From Octopus bimaculoides (Eukaryota): a stretch of DNA of 38,023 nucleotides. Positions 24,831 through 37,234 of the stretch are shown here, piece by piece. The notes under the pieces were generated by a model. That model saw nothing but the letters and a program-made list of their open reading frames with translations. It was not told where the DNA came from and did no database searches. The stretch covers positions 37,397,802-37,435,824 of the forward strand of contig NC_068993.1 in assembly GCF_001194135.2 (NCBI RefSeq), written 5' to 3'. Every line of letters begins with the position of its first letter. Position 1 is the first letter of the stretch. A program made the position numbers and the translations under genes.

Positions 24831-24867
<37 letters not shown>

Positions 24868-25114
24868 CCTGTATTGTCTGGCTAAGTCAAAATGTTTTTT
24901 TTGTATTCTTCCTTCCCACTTGGATTGCTTAAATGTAGTTACAATAATATGGCCTTCTACTGAAATGAAATTTCAGTAAATTTTCTGTATCTTTGTGCAG
25001 CTGAAGTTTGCTCTGCATTTTACATTTAATGTAATGCTCACATTGCTTAAATAAATGGAGTCGCATGAAACGACCGTACTACATTAACCTTGAATATCCT
25101 TGTTGGTTATTTTG

Positions 25115-25185
<71 letters not shown>

Positions 25186-25438
25186 GTATGTATATATATA
25201 TACATACATACATATATGTATATATGTATGTATGTAAAATATATGTATATATGTATGTATGCAAAATATATGCATATATATGTATATATATATATATATA
25301 AACTATATACATTTTTATATAGACACGCTATAAACTACATACACTTACACACACATACATTCACTCATTCATTCATGCATACATACATACATACATACAT
25401 ACATACATACATACATACATGCATACATACATACTCAT

Positions 25439-25498
<60 letters not shown>

Positions 25499-25519
25499 GT
25501 ATTTATATACAGTATCAAC

Positions 25520-25620
25520 TATACACATATGCGCAAGCTGTCTTATCCAATTTCTTCAGAATCATTGTGAAAGAAGCAGGATTATTGCTGAGGAGCGTGT
25601 AGGAATGCCGATCTCTTTTG
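25520..25620 (+). pseudogene. Possible second RLE-type non-LTR RT fragment
   Basis: The peptide CASCLIQFLQNHCERSRIIAEERVG resembles the 'TSCL..FL..HC...II..EQ.G' segment I recall from the N-terminal RT part of R4-like elements. Short and unverified. Confidence 0.3.
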
Positions 25621-25855
25621 AAGAAATCCAAAGAAACAAGACGGTACCTACTCAATTTCAACAACACAAAAGAATTATTCAAAAAAAAAATAGCGGATTA
25701 TATAGAAAAAATATAACTTTCTACTTAGTCTGGGATTCCTGGTATCTTTGTGTCTTGAAAGACTGCCAGACAATGCTAAACCATTAATTGCTGTCTCTGT
25801 AACACTGACAAATTTTAAATATTTAACCATTCTGTTCTAAACACAAAGAACACGG

Positions 25856-25856
<1 letters not shown>

Positions 25857-25921
<65 letters not shown>

Positions 25922-25952
25922 GCCTGTCTGTCTGTCTGTCTGTCTGTCTGTC
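25857..25952. repeat. (TATC)n-(TGTC)n tetranucleotide microsatellite
   Basis: Read directly. Confidence 0.95.
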
Positions 25953-25984
25953 TTACGTTTGTGTGTGGCGGAGGTATCGACACA

Positions 25985-26135
25985 GGCGTGTCTGATTGGT
26001 GAAGAACTTCTTTTGGTAACGATACACTTCCTAGTTCAATTCTTGTGCTAGGTATTTGGAACAGATATTTCTGCCTCTAGTTCGGATCAACTCCAGGCGT
26101 TGTGAGTAAAACTGGGTTGACAGAAACTGTGGAAT
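25985..26135 (+). mobile_element. Diverged 5' part of family C
   Basis: ggcgttgtgagtaaaactgggttgacagaaactgtggaattccgt aligns with gccttgtgagtggatttggtagacggaaactgaaagaagcctgt of the 6348 copy. Confidence 0.5.
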
Positions 26136-26857
26136 TCCGTAACGTGAATTGTATCTGTAATTGAAGTAACTGAGATGTCATACACAGAATGAAGCTGCGG
26201 TTATCGGAGGATAATGGGATAGATACAAATTGATGTTGCATGACTTAATACACTAAAGTTGTTTAATGCTCTTTTTTAAATCATAAATCTGTTTACCTGG
26301 ATTAGCCACCCTGACGTACTGATATAAACCTGGAACTATACAACTCAAATTCTGGATTACCTAAATACTTAACAGCTGAGCGAAAAGTAATATATAAGTC
26401 ACCTTTCGACGCGCTACAAATCGCAGCCATATCTCCATCGGATCACAGACACGATATTTGAAAAAAAAAAAAAAAAAAAGACTGGATGGTCAAGCTTGGA
26501 ATGCCACTAATTATATGTCGTCTTGACAAAGGTTAATCTCTATGTTAAACACCAAATATTTAATAGTGTTTACTTTTCTCCATTTATGTTCGCCGTCCAT
26601 ACCCCGGCTATTGACCGTATCTACTTCACCATCAATCACAATATTGCTGTCTGTGGTCTGCTCCAATACTATGGACCTTGTCATCCGTTTTCTCCGAGAG
26701 AACACTGGCTCGTTCTCCTGTTGGGTTCGCCTGCTCTCCTAAAATCAATAAACTGATTAGTTTTTTCCCCACACTTTTGAACACTAGCAGACATATGCAC
26801 ATTGACGCGAGTCCACTCCTCTAGCCAACCGCTCATAGATGCATTCTGCTGTGTTCA

Positions 26858-26945
26858 TCTTGGCGGAATTTGAACTTTGAACTTGAAGGACCAGTAGAAA
26901 TACTGTAAAGCATTTCTTCTGCTGCTCTTTCGATTCTGCTTGCCC
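26858..26945 (-). mobile_element. Family B head fragment (diverged)
   Basis: cttggcggaatttgaact...aaatactgtaaagcattt...cgattctgc. Confidence 0.5.
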
Positions 26946-27333
26946 ATCGCTCTGCAAACTCGTATATAAACTGAAGCAAATACATTGTAATACTTTAAAC
27001 TAGTTTTTATTACCTCGAGTTGAGATTTTATCAAAAACATTCCAGCCTTGAGCATTCCATTTTTTTTTACTATGTGCAGGGAATCACATTATTTAACGTT
27101 TTGTAAGACAACAGTAAGTGATATGAGAGAGATATGGTTGCTATATCGTGCTGACGGAGCGACTACAATGAAGCCCCACAAATATGGTTCATCTGAATGA
27201 TGTGCGTTTGAAAACATTAATCTAGAAGCAATATATTATCGTATTTGGGTTTAGCATTGTCAAAGATTGAAGTTCACCACCCATTACCTGTTTTTCAGAC
27301 ACTCCAAGACCCGTGGGTCTTTATATGAACTAA

Positions 27334-27570
27334 AAAATGAATTAGACTGACATTTATTTTGAACCTGTTGAAGGCACACGAGATGCCGAAATATATTGTT
27401 CAAAGCGAAAATAAATAAGTTACTTTCGAGTTGCGCTTTTTGTCATTAAGTTGGCCTTGGTGATGGATTACGTCAGCTATGTTTACCTTAGTGATGGATT
27501 GTGTCAATCGTATACAAAAGTAAAGAACTCTTCTCTCTATCTATTACATTTCTGCTGAGTTACTTCAGTC
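27334..27570 (+). mobile_element. Small hammerhead-bearing insertion (Penelope-pLTR/retrozyme-like) with a putative 15-bp TSD
   Basis: Bounded by ctttatatgaactaa at 27319-27333 and 27571-27585; contains a hammerhead-like motif followed by AATAAA; no ORF. Confidence 0.55.
27358..27404 (+). ncRNA. Minimal type I hammerhead-ribozyme-like motif (core A6 mutated)
   Basis: Stem I tttgaac/gttcaaa (7 bp); core CTGTTGA; stem II ggca(cacgaga)tgcc; GAAA; palindromic stem III atatat. Confidence 0.55.
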
Positions 27571-27582
27571 CTTTATATGAAC

Positions 27583-27652
<70 letters not shown>
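27583..27652. repeat. (TAA)n tract at the 5' junction of the LINE
   Basis: Read directly. Confidence 0.95.
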
Positions 27653-29120
27653 CAACATGGAACAGGGAGATATCGGAATGAGTATGGGACTGGGCAAATG
27701 TGCTAGAAGAGGCAAATTATTGAGCACTGAAAGCACTGCATTCTATATAGACACAGAAATTAGAGAATTAGACTACAACCGCCCATACAAATATCTAGGA
27801 ATAGAAGAAACAGCTAAAATACAGCACACAGAAATGAAGGAGAAAATTGGGAGAGAGTATTACAGAAGAGTTAGACTAATAAACTCTGAACTTAATGCTA
27901 AAAATACGATAATAGGGATAAACACACTAGCCGTACCAGTCATAAATTACAACTTTAGCATAATAAACTGGAGGATCAGTGAATTGAGAAACCTAATTAG
28001 AAAAACCAGAAAACTACTAACAGCGTACCGAAGTCACCATCCAGTGGAGACGCAGACAGAATATATCTACCCCGCTCAGATGGAGGCCGTAGCCTGATAC
28101 AGATAGAAAGCTATTATAAAATAACAACAGTTGGACTAGCAATGTACATAGAAACAAAGAGGTGAAGACTACTGCATGTAGTAAAGCAACACGAGAAAAA
28201 GAAAACGCCTTTCTCAATATATAAGAAGGCGACAAAATATAAAACAGAAGCAAATTACACTGACACACTGACCTCAGATGACAACATAGCAGAAATGGTC
28301 AGAGAGACAAAAAACAACATGAAAACTGAATTACAAAAGATACTAAAGAAAAATGGAGAGAAAAATCACTTCATGGCTAATACCCTGCAAGGCTTGTCAG
28401 AAAGAAAGTGAGCCTAAGTAAAAGCCAACAATGGCTCAAAAGATCTGGACTAAAAGCCGAAATGGAAGGACTGATTCTCGCTGCACAAGACCAATGCCTG
28501 ACTACCTGCAATTATAAAAACAAAATAATGAAAATAGGCCCTAACACCAAATGCAGTATGTGCAATCAGCACAATGAGACAGTTGACAACATCATCTCGG
28601 GCTGCTCAGTCCTTGCCAAGTTTGAATATGTATACAGACACTACAAAGTAAGCAGTTATAGCCATTGGGTAATATGCTAACATTACATCAAAACTAACAG
28701 GAGGTGGTATAAGCATAAGCCAAGCAAGGTACAAGACAACGATCAGGTCACGATCATCTGAAATATGCCGGGTCAAAGCGATAAAGAAATAAAAGCAAAT
28801 CGTCCAGACATAATAGTCAAAGATTGGGGTAGAAAACACCTGCTTACTGATAGACATTGCAGTCTATTCTGATCAAAATATTGTCAAAAAAGAAGTGGAG
28901 AAATTGTCGAAGTACAAAGACTTAGAAATTGAAGTATTCAAAATGTGGGGCATGAAGGTAAAAACAATACCAATAATAATTGGAGCATTGGGCATGATAA
29001 AAAAATCATATGAACACAAATGTAGAAGCTATATTTGAATCCTCAACACTACACACTGTTCAAAAATTAACTCTGCTAAGAACAATCTACATCCTACGCA
29101 AGACACTATCGATCCAGTAA
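27653..29120 (+). pseudogene. Disrupted RT - zinc knuckle - restriction-like endonuclease ORF
   Basis: Motifs in order: DIGMSMGLGKCA, YKYLGI, INTLAVPVINY, RKTRKLLT, DRIYLPRSDGGRSL, KWREKSLHG, KAEMEGLILAAQDQ, CSMC..ETVDNIISGC (CCHC with H>N), EYVYRH, ANRPDII, LIDIA, EKLSKYKDL, IPIIIGALG, ILRKTL. Several frameshifts and stops. Confidence 0.9.
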
Positions 29121-29430
29121 CACTACTTAAACAAAACAGCCCGCAAATGTAAGACACACTCTATACATCATTTACCCAGTGAAATGAACCCCGACCAGCA
29201 AGCTAGAAAACCAAAGCATTACACACTCAATAAACAATACAAGCAGTAACACAACAAAAGATAGCACCACACCTCAAGGAAAAAAAAAAAGCTAACACAC
29301 TACGGTACCAGGAAGAGTTCGCACACACCCAACAGCAGAAAAGAACACACACTGCTGCACACACTCCAGCAATATGGAGGTGTAGCAGGTGATGATGCAG
29401 CAGAAATTTGCTTCAATATTGAACAAAAAT
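27653..29430 (+). mobile_element. 5'-truncated R4/Dong-like RLE-type non-LTR retrotransposon
   Basis: Begins inside the RT domain, has a ~310-bp 3' UTR after the stop at 29118-29120, and ends in aaaaa(TAA)n. Confidence 0.88.
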
Positions 29431-29451
29431 ATAATAATAATAATAATAATA

Positions 29452-29662
29452 GTTTCAAATCTTGCCGCAAGGGCAGCCATTACGGGGGAGGGGACTAGTC
29501 GATTACATCGACTTCAGTGTTCAACTGGTACTTATTTTATCGAGCCTGAAGGGATGAAAGGCAAAGTCGACCTTGGCGAAATTTGAACTCAGAACGCACC
29601 GACGAGTGAAATACCGCTAAGTATTCTGCCCGGTATGCTAACGATTCTACCAGCTCGCCACC
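29452..29662 (-). mobile_element. SINE family B
   Basis: Full body; its ATT-type tail is the TAA tract at 29430-29451 shared with the LINE 3' end. Confidence 0.85.
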
Positions 29663-30106
<444 letters not shown>

Positions 30107-30278
30107 GGTAAAAGGCCGGGAAATTTTAAGGGAGAGGGGAAGTCGATTGCATTCACCCCTGCCTCCATTGTTTCACTGATACTAAATTTTATGAGTCCCG
30201 AAAGAATGAAAAGCAAAGTTGACCCCAGAAGGATTTGACCTCAGAACAAGAAGAAACGCTGCTAAGCATTGTGTCTGA
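30107..30278 (-). mobile_element. SINE family B (diverged)
   Basis: cccgaaagaatgaaaagcaaagttgacc...atttgacctcagaac. Confidence 0.7.
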
Positions 30279-30297
30279 CAACAACAACAATAATAAT

Positions 30298-30380
30298 TTG
30301 CTTTATATTTTGGTATAATACCAGTAATTTTGACGGCAGGGAATTAGTCGATTACATCGACCCTAGTATTTAACTGGTAC
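30298..30380 (-). mobile_element. SINE family B, 3' half only
   Basis: agtcgattacatcgaccctagtatttaactggtac. Confidence 0.65.
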
Positions 30381-30418
30381 AACAACAACAATAACAATAA
30401 TAATAATGATAATAATAA

Positions 30419-30629
30419 TCCTTTCTACTATAGGCACAAGGCCTGAAATTTGGGGGAGGGGGATAGTCGATTACATCGACCCCAGTGCTCAAATGGTACT
30501 TAATTTATCGACCCTGAAAGGATGAAAGGCAAAGTCGACCTCGGCGGAATTTGAACTCAGAACATATAGATGGACTAAACGTCGCTAAGCATTTCATCCG
30601 ACGTGCTAACGATTCTGGCAGCTTGTCGA

Positions 30630-30630
<1 letters not shown>
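30419..30630 (-). mobile_element. SINE family B
   Basis: Well-preserved body; B box gagttcaaattcc on the minus strand. Confidence 0.85.
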
Positions 30631-30675
<45 letters not shown>

Positions 30676-30692
30676 TGATGATGATGATGATG

Positions 30693-30892
30693 ATTTCAAA
30701 TTTTCGCACAAAGCCAGCAGTTTCGGAGGAGGTGATAAGTCAGTAACATCAACTCCAATGTTCAACTGGTGCTTATTTTATCGATCCCGAAAGGATGAAA
30801 GGCAAAATCGACCTCGATAGAATTTGAACTCAGAACAACGGGCGAAATACCGCTAAGCATTTCGTCCAGCGTGCTAACAATTCTGCCAGCTT
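30693..30892 (-). mobile_element. SINE family B
   Basis: gatttcaaattttcgcacaaagccagc ... gtgctaacaattctgccagc. Confidence 0.85.
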
Positions 30893-31064
30893 AGTAATAA
30901 AATTTAGAAAGGGTTCCATAAACCGGGATCAATTCAGTTGGATGATTCGGGGCACCATATATAACACCCAGCCATCGTTTCTCTCCCGGATTATGTGACA
31001 CATCAAATGCTGGCTGCATGAATAAAAATAGAAAGAAGAATGATTCTAAAAACAGTAACAGCGA

Positions 31065-31099
<35 letters not shown>

Positions 31100-31729
31100 A
31101 CACAACAACAACAACGACGACGAGGACAACAATAACAACAATAGTAGTATTTACAGATATGAGAATAACAAAGAGAACAAAAGACATGCCAAGATCAACA
31201 ATATCTAAAGACGTCTGAACAACAACAATTACAACATCAAACAGAAATAACCGAACACTAATGCAACAACAGCCACAATAAGATGAAAAACAACAATAGT
31301 TTGTACTGAAGCAAAATACGAAAAAAAGACGAGCAAACCCAACAAAACATAAAAAAAAACACTGACGACACAAGCAGCCGAAGAGACTTAAGTAACACTA
31401 ACATCGACAATAATGACAATAACAACAATTACAACAGGAATATTAGCAAGTAAAAAAAAAATACAAACGAACAAAAAAAGCAATAGAAAACATGGAAAAT
31501 ATACAAGCACACGAACAAGACAGAAACAACAATGACGTGAGTATTAATAATGCTAGTACCAACAAATAGTAATAGTGATAGTTAAAGCGGTGGTGGTGGA
31601 TAGTTAAAGTGGTGGTGGTGGTGGTGGCGGTGGCGGCGGTGNNNNNNNNNNNNNNNNNNNNNNNNNNNNNNNNNNNNNNNNNNNNGGTGGTGGTGTGACA
31701 AACATCTTGATTATGTAATAGCATGTATA

Positions 31730-31766
<37 letters not shown>

Positions 31767-31973
31767 GAGAGAGAGCGGGGGTGACGGGTGGGGTGCGGGG
31801 AGAAAATGTCAGACACACTCCAGTTATATGTGGAGGGTCGTTTGTCTGACTGTTTAGTCTATCAGTCTGTCTGTCTGTCTATCTGTCTGTCTGGCTGTAT
31901 GTATGTATGTGTGTCGCAACAATGTCAAATGTCTCTTTTGGAGCAGAATATATTACTACACGGTGTGTGTGTG

Positions 31974-32069
<96 letters not shown>

Positions 32070-32197
32070 CATACATACATTGATATATATATATCACACA
32101 GAAAAACACAGATACACAACCACACATGCACAGACACACTCATGCACCCAAAGTTATATATAGGCAGTTCACTTTCTCATTGCGTATGTATGTGTGC

Positions 32198-32246
<49 letters not shown>

Positions 32247-32625
32247 CGCGTCCGTGTGTGTATGTATGTGTATGTGTGTGTGTATATATATAACAGAATT
32301 ATCAGAGATTATAAAATACTTTACAAGCTCTCTGTTAGTACAGCAGGCTAACAGTACTTTTTACATTAGTAAAGAACTCTGCGTATATTTGTAGCAGGGC
32401 CCGATGTTATAGTTCATCACCATTCTCTATTTTAAGTCCATGATTTCTACACAGTGATATACAAGACAAGGCAGCAATAATGGTCATTACATATTTCTCT
32501 TTATTATTGTAAATTTGACTTACAGCTGTTTCCGGTGGTCATTATAGTTTCGTTATTCATAGGTTTACTTAATCGGCCCACTGATCGGTTGAGTAAAATT
32601 GAACGACCTAGAAAATTAATGCTAC

Positions 32626-32775
32626 ATTCGACAGAGCCAGTGCTGGTTTGTTTACGTCTCCGTAACTTAATGTTTCGGCAAAAGTGACCGCTAGAATAAG
32701 TACTAAGCTTAGAAAAACACATAAGTACTGGTGTTGATTTGTTGGACTAAACCCTTGAAGGTGGTGTCCCATGGG
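32626..32775 (+). mobile_element. Family C, 3' half (diverged)
   Basis: gtttacgtctccgtaactta...cggcaaaagtgaccgctagaataagtactaagctt. Confidence 0.7.
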
Positions 32776-32824
32776 ATCAAATCTATAAAGCCTTCACTGG
32801 TGTCTTGAACGAAGAATGCTGCTG

Positions 32825-32936
<112 letters not shown>

Positions 32937-33017
32937 ATATAAGTACTTATACAAAATTAAATAAAAAGCCTGGAGAAACGCACAGGAGGGAGATTGCCAG
33001 CGTCGGCTCTCTTTGCC

Positions 33018-33083
33018 AGGGTTCAAATTCTATCGGGGTCAGTTTTGTCTTTCAGTCTACGGAATAGATAAATAAAATATCAG
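33018..33083 (+). mobile_element. Family B internal fragment (diverged)
   Basis: gggttcaaattctatcggggtcagttttgtctttca. Confidence 0.45.
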
Positions 33084-33098
33084 ACATGCAGTGTTCCC

Positions 33099-33302
<204 letters not shown>

Positions 33303-33754
33303 ATAGTGTTTCGCAAGATCTAAAAGGAAAAATGCTCAAGACATGCCGTATATCAAGGTAATTAATATTACGATGTTGTTTTTTTATAATTACACAACTT
33401 AGATAAATATAAACAAAATATAATAATTAAATGAGATATACTTAAAAAAGACGCAAGAATCAGATAAGAGCATCTCATCCATATAATGGTGAAAGTCCAG
33501 CCCACATAGGTAGTGTCCTTATATTGGAACCTATTGCATTCAAAGCATTTTCTACGTTGGATAGGGTACATAGTAGCTCCGTTTTCTTGACAGCGATTGT
33601 TCGCTTAATGATAAAATAATGGGTTTTTCTTCAGCAATCTATCAGCTGAATATCTTTTCAACACTTTTGACTTTGGTTTCACCTCTACAATTAATACACC
33701 TTCCCTCTTTACCCTTCTGTTACTCTTTCCCATGTCTGTTCGAAGTATTACCTG

Positions 33755-33972
33755 GACAGTGGAATTGGTAGAATCGTTAAAGTATCAGATAATAGCGTGA
33801 GATATTTCCTGTTTCTTTACGTACTGAGTTCAAATCCATCCGAGGTCAACTTTCCGTTTTATATTTTTGGGGTTGGTAAAATAAGTACCATTGAAGTAAT
33901 GGCGGTTAATTTTTATTGACTATACTTTCTACTTCAAATTTCTATCATTGTGCTTATGTTTGAAACAATATT
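33755..33972 (+). mobile_element. SINE family B (diverged)
   Basis: ggtagaatcgttaa...gagttcaaatccatccgaggtcaac...aaaataagtacca...tttgaaacaata. Confidence 0.65.
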
Positions 33973-34565
33973 TTATAGTGTCACATATATGTTTGGGCGA
34001 GTTAGTGTGTTACCTGTGGAAAAGAAAGAAGGAAATATAAGAGTAAATGAGAAAAGAAAAATGATGAAATAAGTATTGAAATGAGTTAGCAACAACAACA
34101 ACAACGACATCTGAAAAGTACGAAGAGAAAAGATAATAGACAAGAAAGGAAAAAAGAGGAGAGGATGTAACTGAGGGGAACCCTGAGATATTCATATAAA
34201 TGTAAGAATTAAAAGATGCGAGGTTGAAGATGTGCATGACCTAAACGGATATCAAACAACAGCGTGTATGGAACAGTTGTTTATTTAAGAGAACAAGAAA
34301 CATTTGTCGAGAGAACAATTCCATAATCATGAGTCACTATTTTGTATAATAAATGTTGCTCATGGCAACAATTACAAAAATGAAGATCCGACATCATAAA
34401 TAACATTTTGAGACAGAAATGTGAAAGAAACTCAATGAAAAGGTTTGTAAGCTTTATGTCTCAAATCAGTGATGCTAGTATTTAGAATAACAATAGCATT
34501 ATTGACAGCTTATAATAGTGATATCTAATAACGCTTAATATCAATGGCCTATACCGTTTAATAAT

Positions 34566-34836
34566 GATTTCAAATTTTGGCACAAGGCCAGCAAGTTCGG
34601 AGTAGTGGGAAAGTCAATTACATCGACTCCAATGCTCAACTTATTGAACCCGAAAGGATGAACTGAAAACGTAAAGATGGACGAAACGTAAAGATGGACG
34701 AAACGTAAAGATGGACGTAAAGATGGACGAAACGTAAAGATGGACGAAACGTAAAGATGGACGAAACGTAAAGATGGACGAAATGTCGCTACGCATTTTA
34801 CCCGGCGTCCTAACGATTCTACCAGCTCGTCGCCTT
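34566..34836 (-). mobile_element. SINE family B with B-box deletion and an internal 17-bp tandem array
   Basis: gaaaggatgaa is joined to ctgaaaacgtaaag, so the intervening segment present in other copies is missing. Confidence 0.8.
34667..34780. repeat. Minisatellite AAACGTAAAGATGGACG: six 17-mers plus one 12-mer
   Basis: Units start at 34667, 34684, 34701, 34718 (12 bp), 34730, 34747 and 34764. Confidence 0.95.
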
Positions 34837-34853
34837 CATATACTGATGATGTT

Positions 34854-35044
34854 GGTTTCAAATTTTGGCACAAGGCCAGCACTTTCGGAGGAAAGAGTAA
34901 CCTGATTACTTCCATCCCAGCGCTCAACTGATATTTATTCATCGACCTCAAAAGGACGAAAGGCAATGTCGACTTCGATGGTATTTGAACTCAGAACGTA
35001 AAGGTAGACGAAATGCCGTTAAGAATTAGGCCTGGCACGCTAAG
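34854..35044 (-). mobile_element. SINE family B, in tandem with the 34566 copy
   Basis: ggtttcaaattttggcacaaggccagc...gtcgacttcgatggtatttgaactcagaacgtaaag. Confidence 0.8.
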
Positions 35045-35412
35045 TCTAATTATATCGTTCATCTTTACGTTCTGAGTCCAAATTCTTGTCTTGAGATACC
35101 CATGGATAGGATCACACGCCAGTTGCCAGATCCATCTTTTGCGGTAACTACTCCCGTGGGCCCTGAAACCCGGCGCTTGATATGTATGTTGTAACTTGCT
35201 GGCAATAAATAAATGCAAGTGTTCCAGTGTTGTTTTGCTCTTGTGTGAAGAACTATAAGGCTGCTAAGACGGTTCTGCCAGTAGCTTTTGCACTTTTAGT
35301 AGAGGTGACCACATGACTTCCTTATTAGTCACTTGAAGATCTCAATGGTATTCTGCTACATATTACCCACGCAGATTCAAATACGCAAACGCACACATAA
35401 TCCTAAACACAA

Positions 35413-35465
<53 letters not shown>

Positions 35466-35936
35466 CGAGAACAGGCACGTGTATTTAAAGACACAGAGAA
35501 ATGCAAATTCACTCATTAAAGCCTCTACGTATACGAAAGCCTCTCCATAAAAAAACGCATAAAAAGTATACGTACTGACGTACGCACACACGCACACACA
35601 CACTCTCTCTCTCTCACACACACGAAACCCATAAAGATAAACGCATATACACAAGTACAAAATTTACACACGCACACGCACTCACACACACACATACATG
35701 CACACACAGAGATTTAGAACAACAACACACACACACACACACAGACGCACAAGCACATACATAAAAAAGCACACACAAATACACACACACACACACACAT
35801 ACACCGAATTCACGAATGAATGGATGTAAGTATCATCAGACCAAAATTACAGTGAGACTGATGTCGGAATCTAAACAGTATAACATTCAACTGTTCGTGT
35901 TACACGTCCAGATATCTACTGATTCTATCGAGTCTC

Positions 35937-36303
35937 TTGTTGTTGTTGTTGGCACTCCGTCTCTTACGACGTCGAGGGTTCCAGTTGATCCGATCAACGG
36001 AACAGCCTGCTCGTGAAATTAATGTGCATTCCACAGACACGTGTACCCTTAACGTAGTTCTCGGGGATATTCAGCGTGACACAGTGTGACAAGGTTGGCT
36101 CCTTTGAAATACAAGCACAACAGAAACAGGAAGTAAGATTGAGAGAAAGTTGTGGTGAAAGAGTACAGCAGGGTTCGCCACCATCCCCTGCCGGAGCCTC
36201 GTGGAGCTTTAGGTGTTTTCGCTCAGTAAACACTCACAATGCCCCGTCTGGGAATCGAAACCGCGATCCTTCGATCGCCAGTCCGCTGCCCTAACCACTG
36301 GGC
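35937..36303 (-). mobile_element. SINE family A, head truncated by an assembly gap
   Basis: Reverse complement of the 8443 copy, with a (TTG)n tail and a short internal deletion near 36020. Confidence 0.88.
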
Positions 36304-37189
36304 NNNNNNNNNNNNNNNNNNNNNNNNNNNNNNNNNNNNNNNNNNNNNNNNNNNNNNNNNNNNNNNNNNNNNNNNNNNNNNNNNNNNNNNNNNNNNNNNN
36401 NNNNNNNNNNNNNNNNNNNNNNNNNNNNNNNNNNNNNNNNNNNNNNNNNNNNNNNNNNNNNNNNNNNNNNNNNNNNNNNNNNNNNNNNNNNNNNNNNNNN
36501 NNNNNNNNNNNNNNNNNNNNNNNNNNNNNNNNNNNNNNNNNNNNNNNNNNNNNNNNNNNNNNNNNNNNNNNNNNNNNNNNNNNNNNNNNNNNNNNNNNNN
36601 NNNNNNNNNNNNNNNNNNNNNNNNNNNNNNNNNNNNNNNNNNNNNNNNNNNNNNNNNNNNNNNNNNNNNNNNNNNNNNNNNNNNNNNNNNNNNNNNNNNN
36701 NNNNNNNNNNNNNNNNNNNNNNNNNNNNNNNNNNNNNNNNNNNNNNNNNNNNNNNNNNNNNNNNNNNNNNNNNNNNNNNNNNNNNNNNNNNNNNNNNNNN
36801 NNNNNNNNNNNNNNNNNNNNNNNNNNNNNNNNNNNNNNNNNNNNNNNNNNNNNNNNNNNNNNNNNNNNNNNNNNNNNNNNNNNNNNNNNNNNNNNNNNNN
36901 NNNNNNNNNNNNNNNNNNNNNNNNNNNNNNNNNNNNNNNNNNNNNNNNNNNNNNNNNNNNNNNNNNNNNNNNNNNNNNNNNNNNNNNNNNNNNNNNNNNN
37001 NNNNNNNNNNNNNNNNNNATATGGCGTTTGTTCATGCTGCAGTTACTAACACTGCTGTTGGTGCTGTTTGCGTAGATTTTGACAGTCACTGAATAGCAGA
37101 ACATTAAACCATGAATGTGTGCGTATGTGTAAGTGTGTGTAAGTGTGTGTACTGTTGTTGTTGTCGTGATTGACAGTGCTGGTGTGGGA

Positions 37190-37234
<45 letters not shown>

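Noticed and set aside
26511-26705. Peptide NIVIDGE...KVNTIKYLVFNI resembling the RT 'YLG' region
   Set aside because: The spacing is wrong, the key Gly is absent, and there are no flanking RT motifs.
30891-31013. Minus-strand frame PAFDVSHNPGEKRWLGVIYGAPNHP... after a good polypyrimidine acceptor
   Set aside because: No convincing donor or recognised domain; the pyrimidine tract could be low-complexity background.
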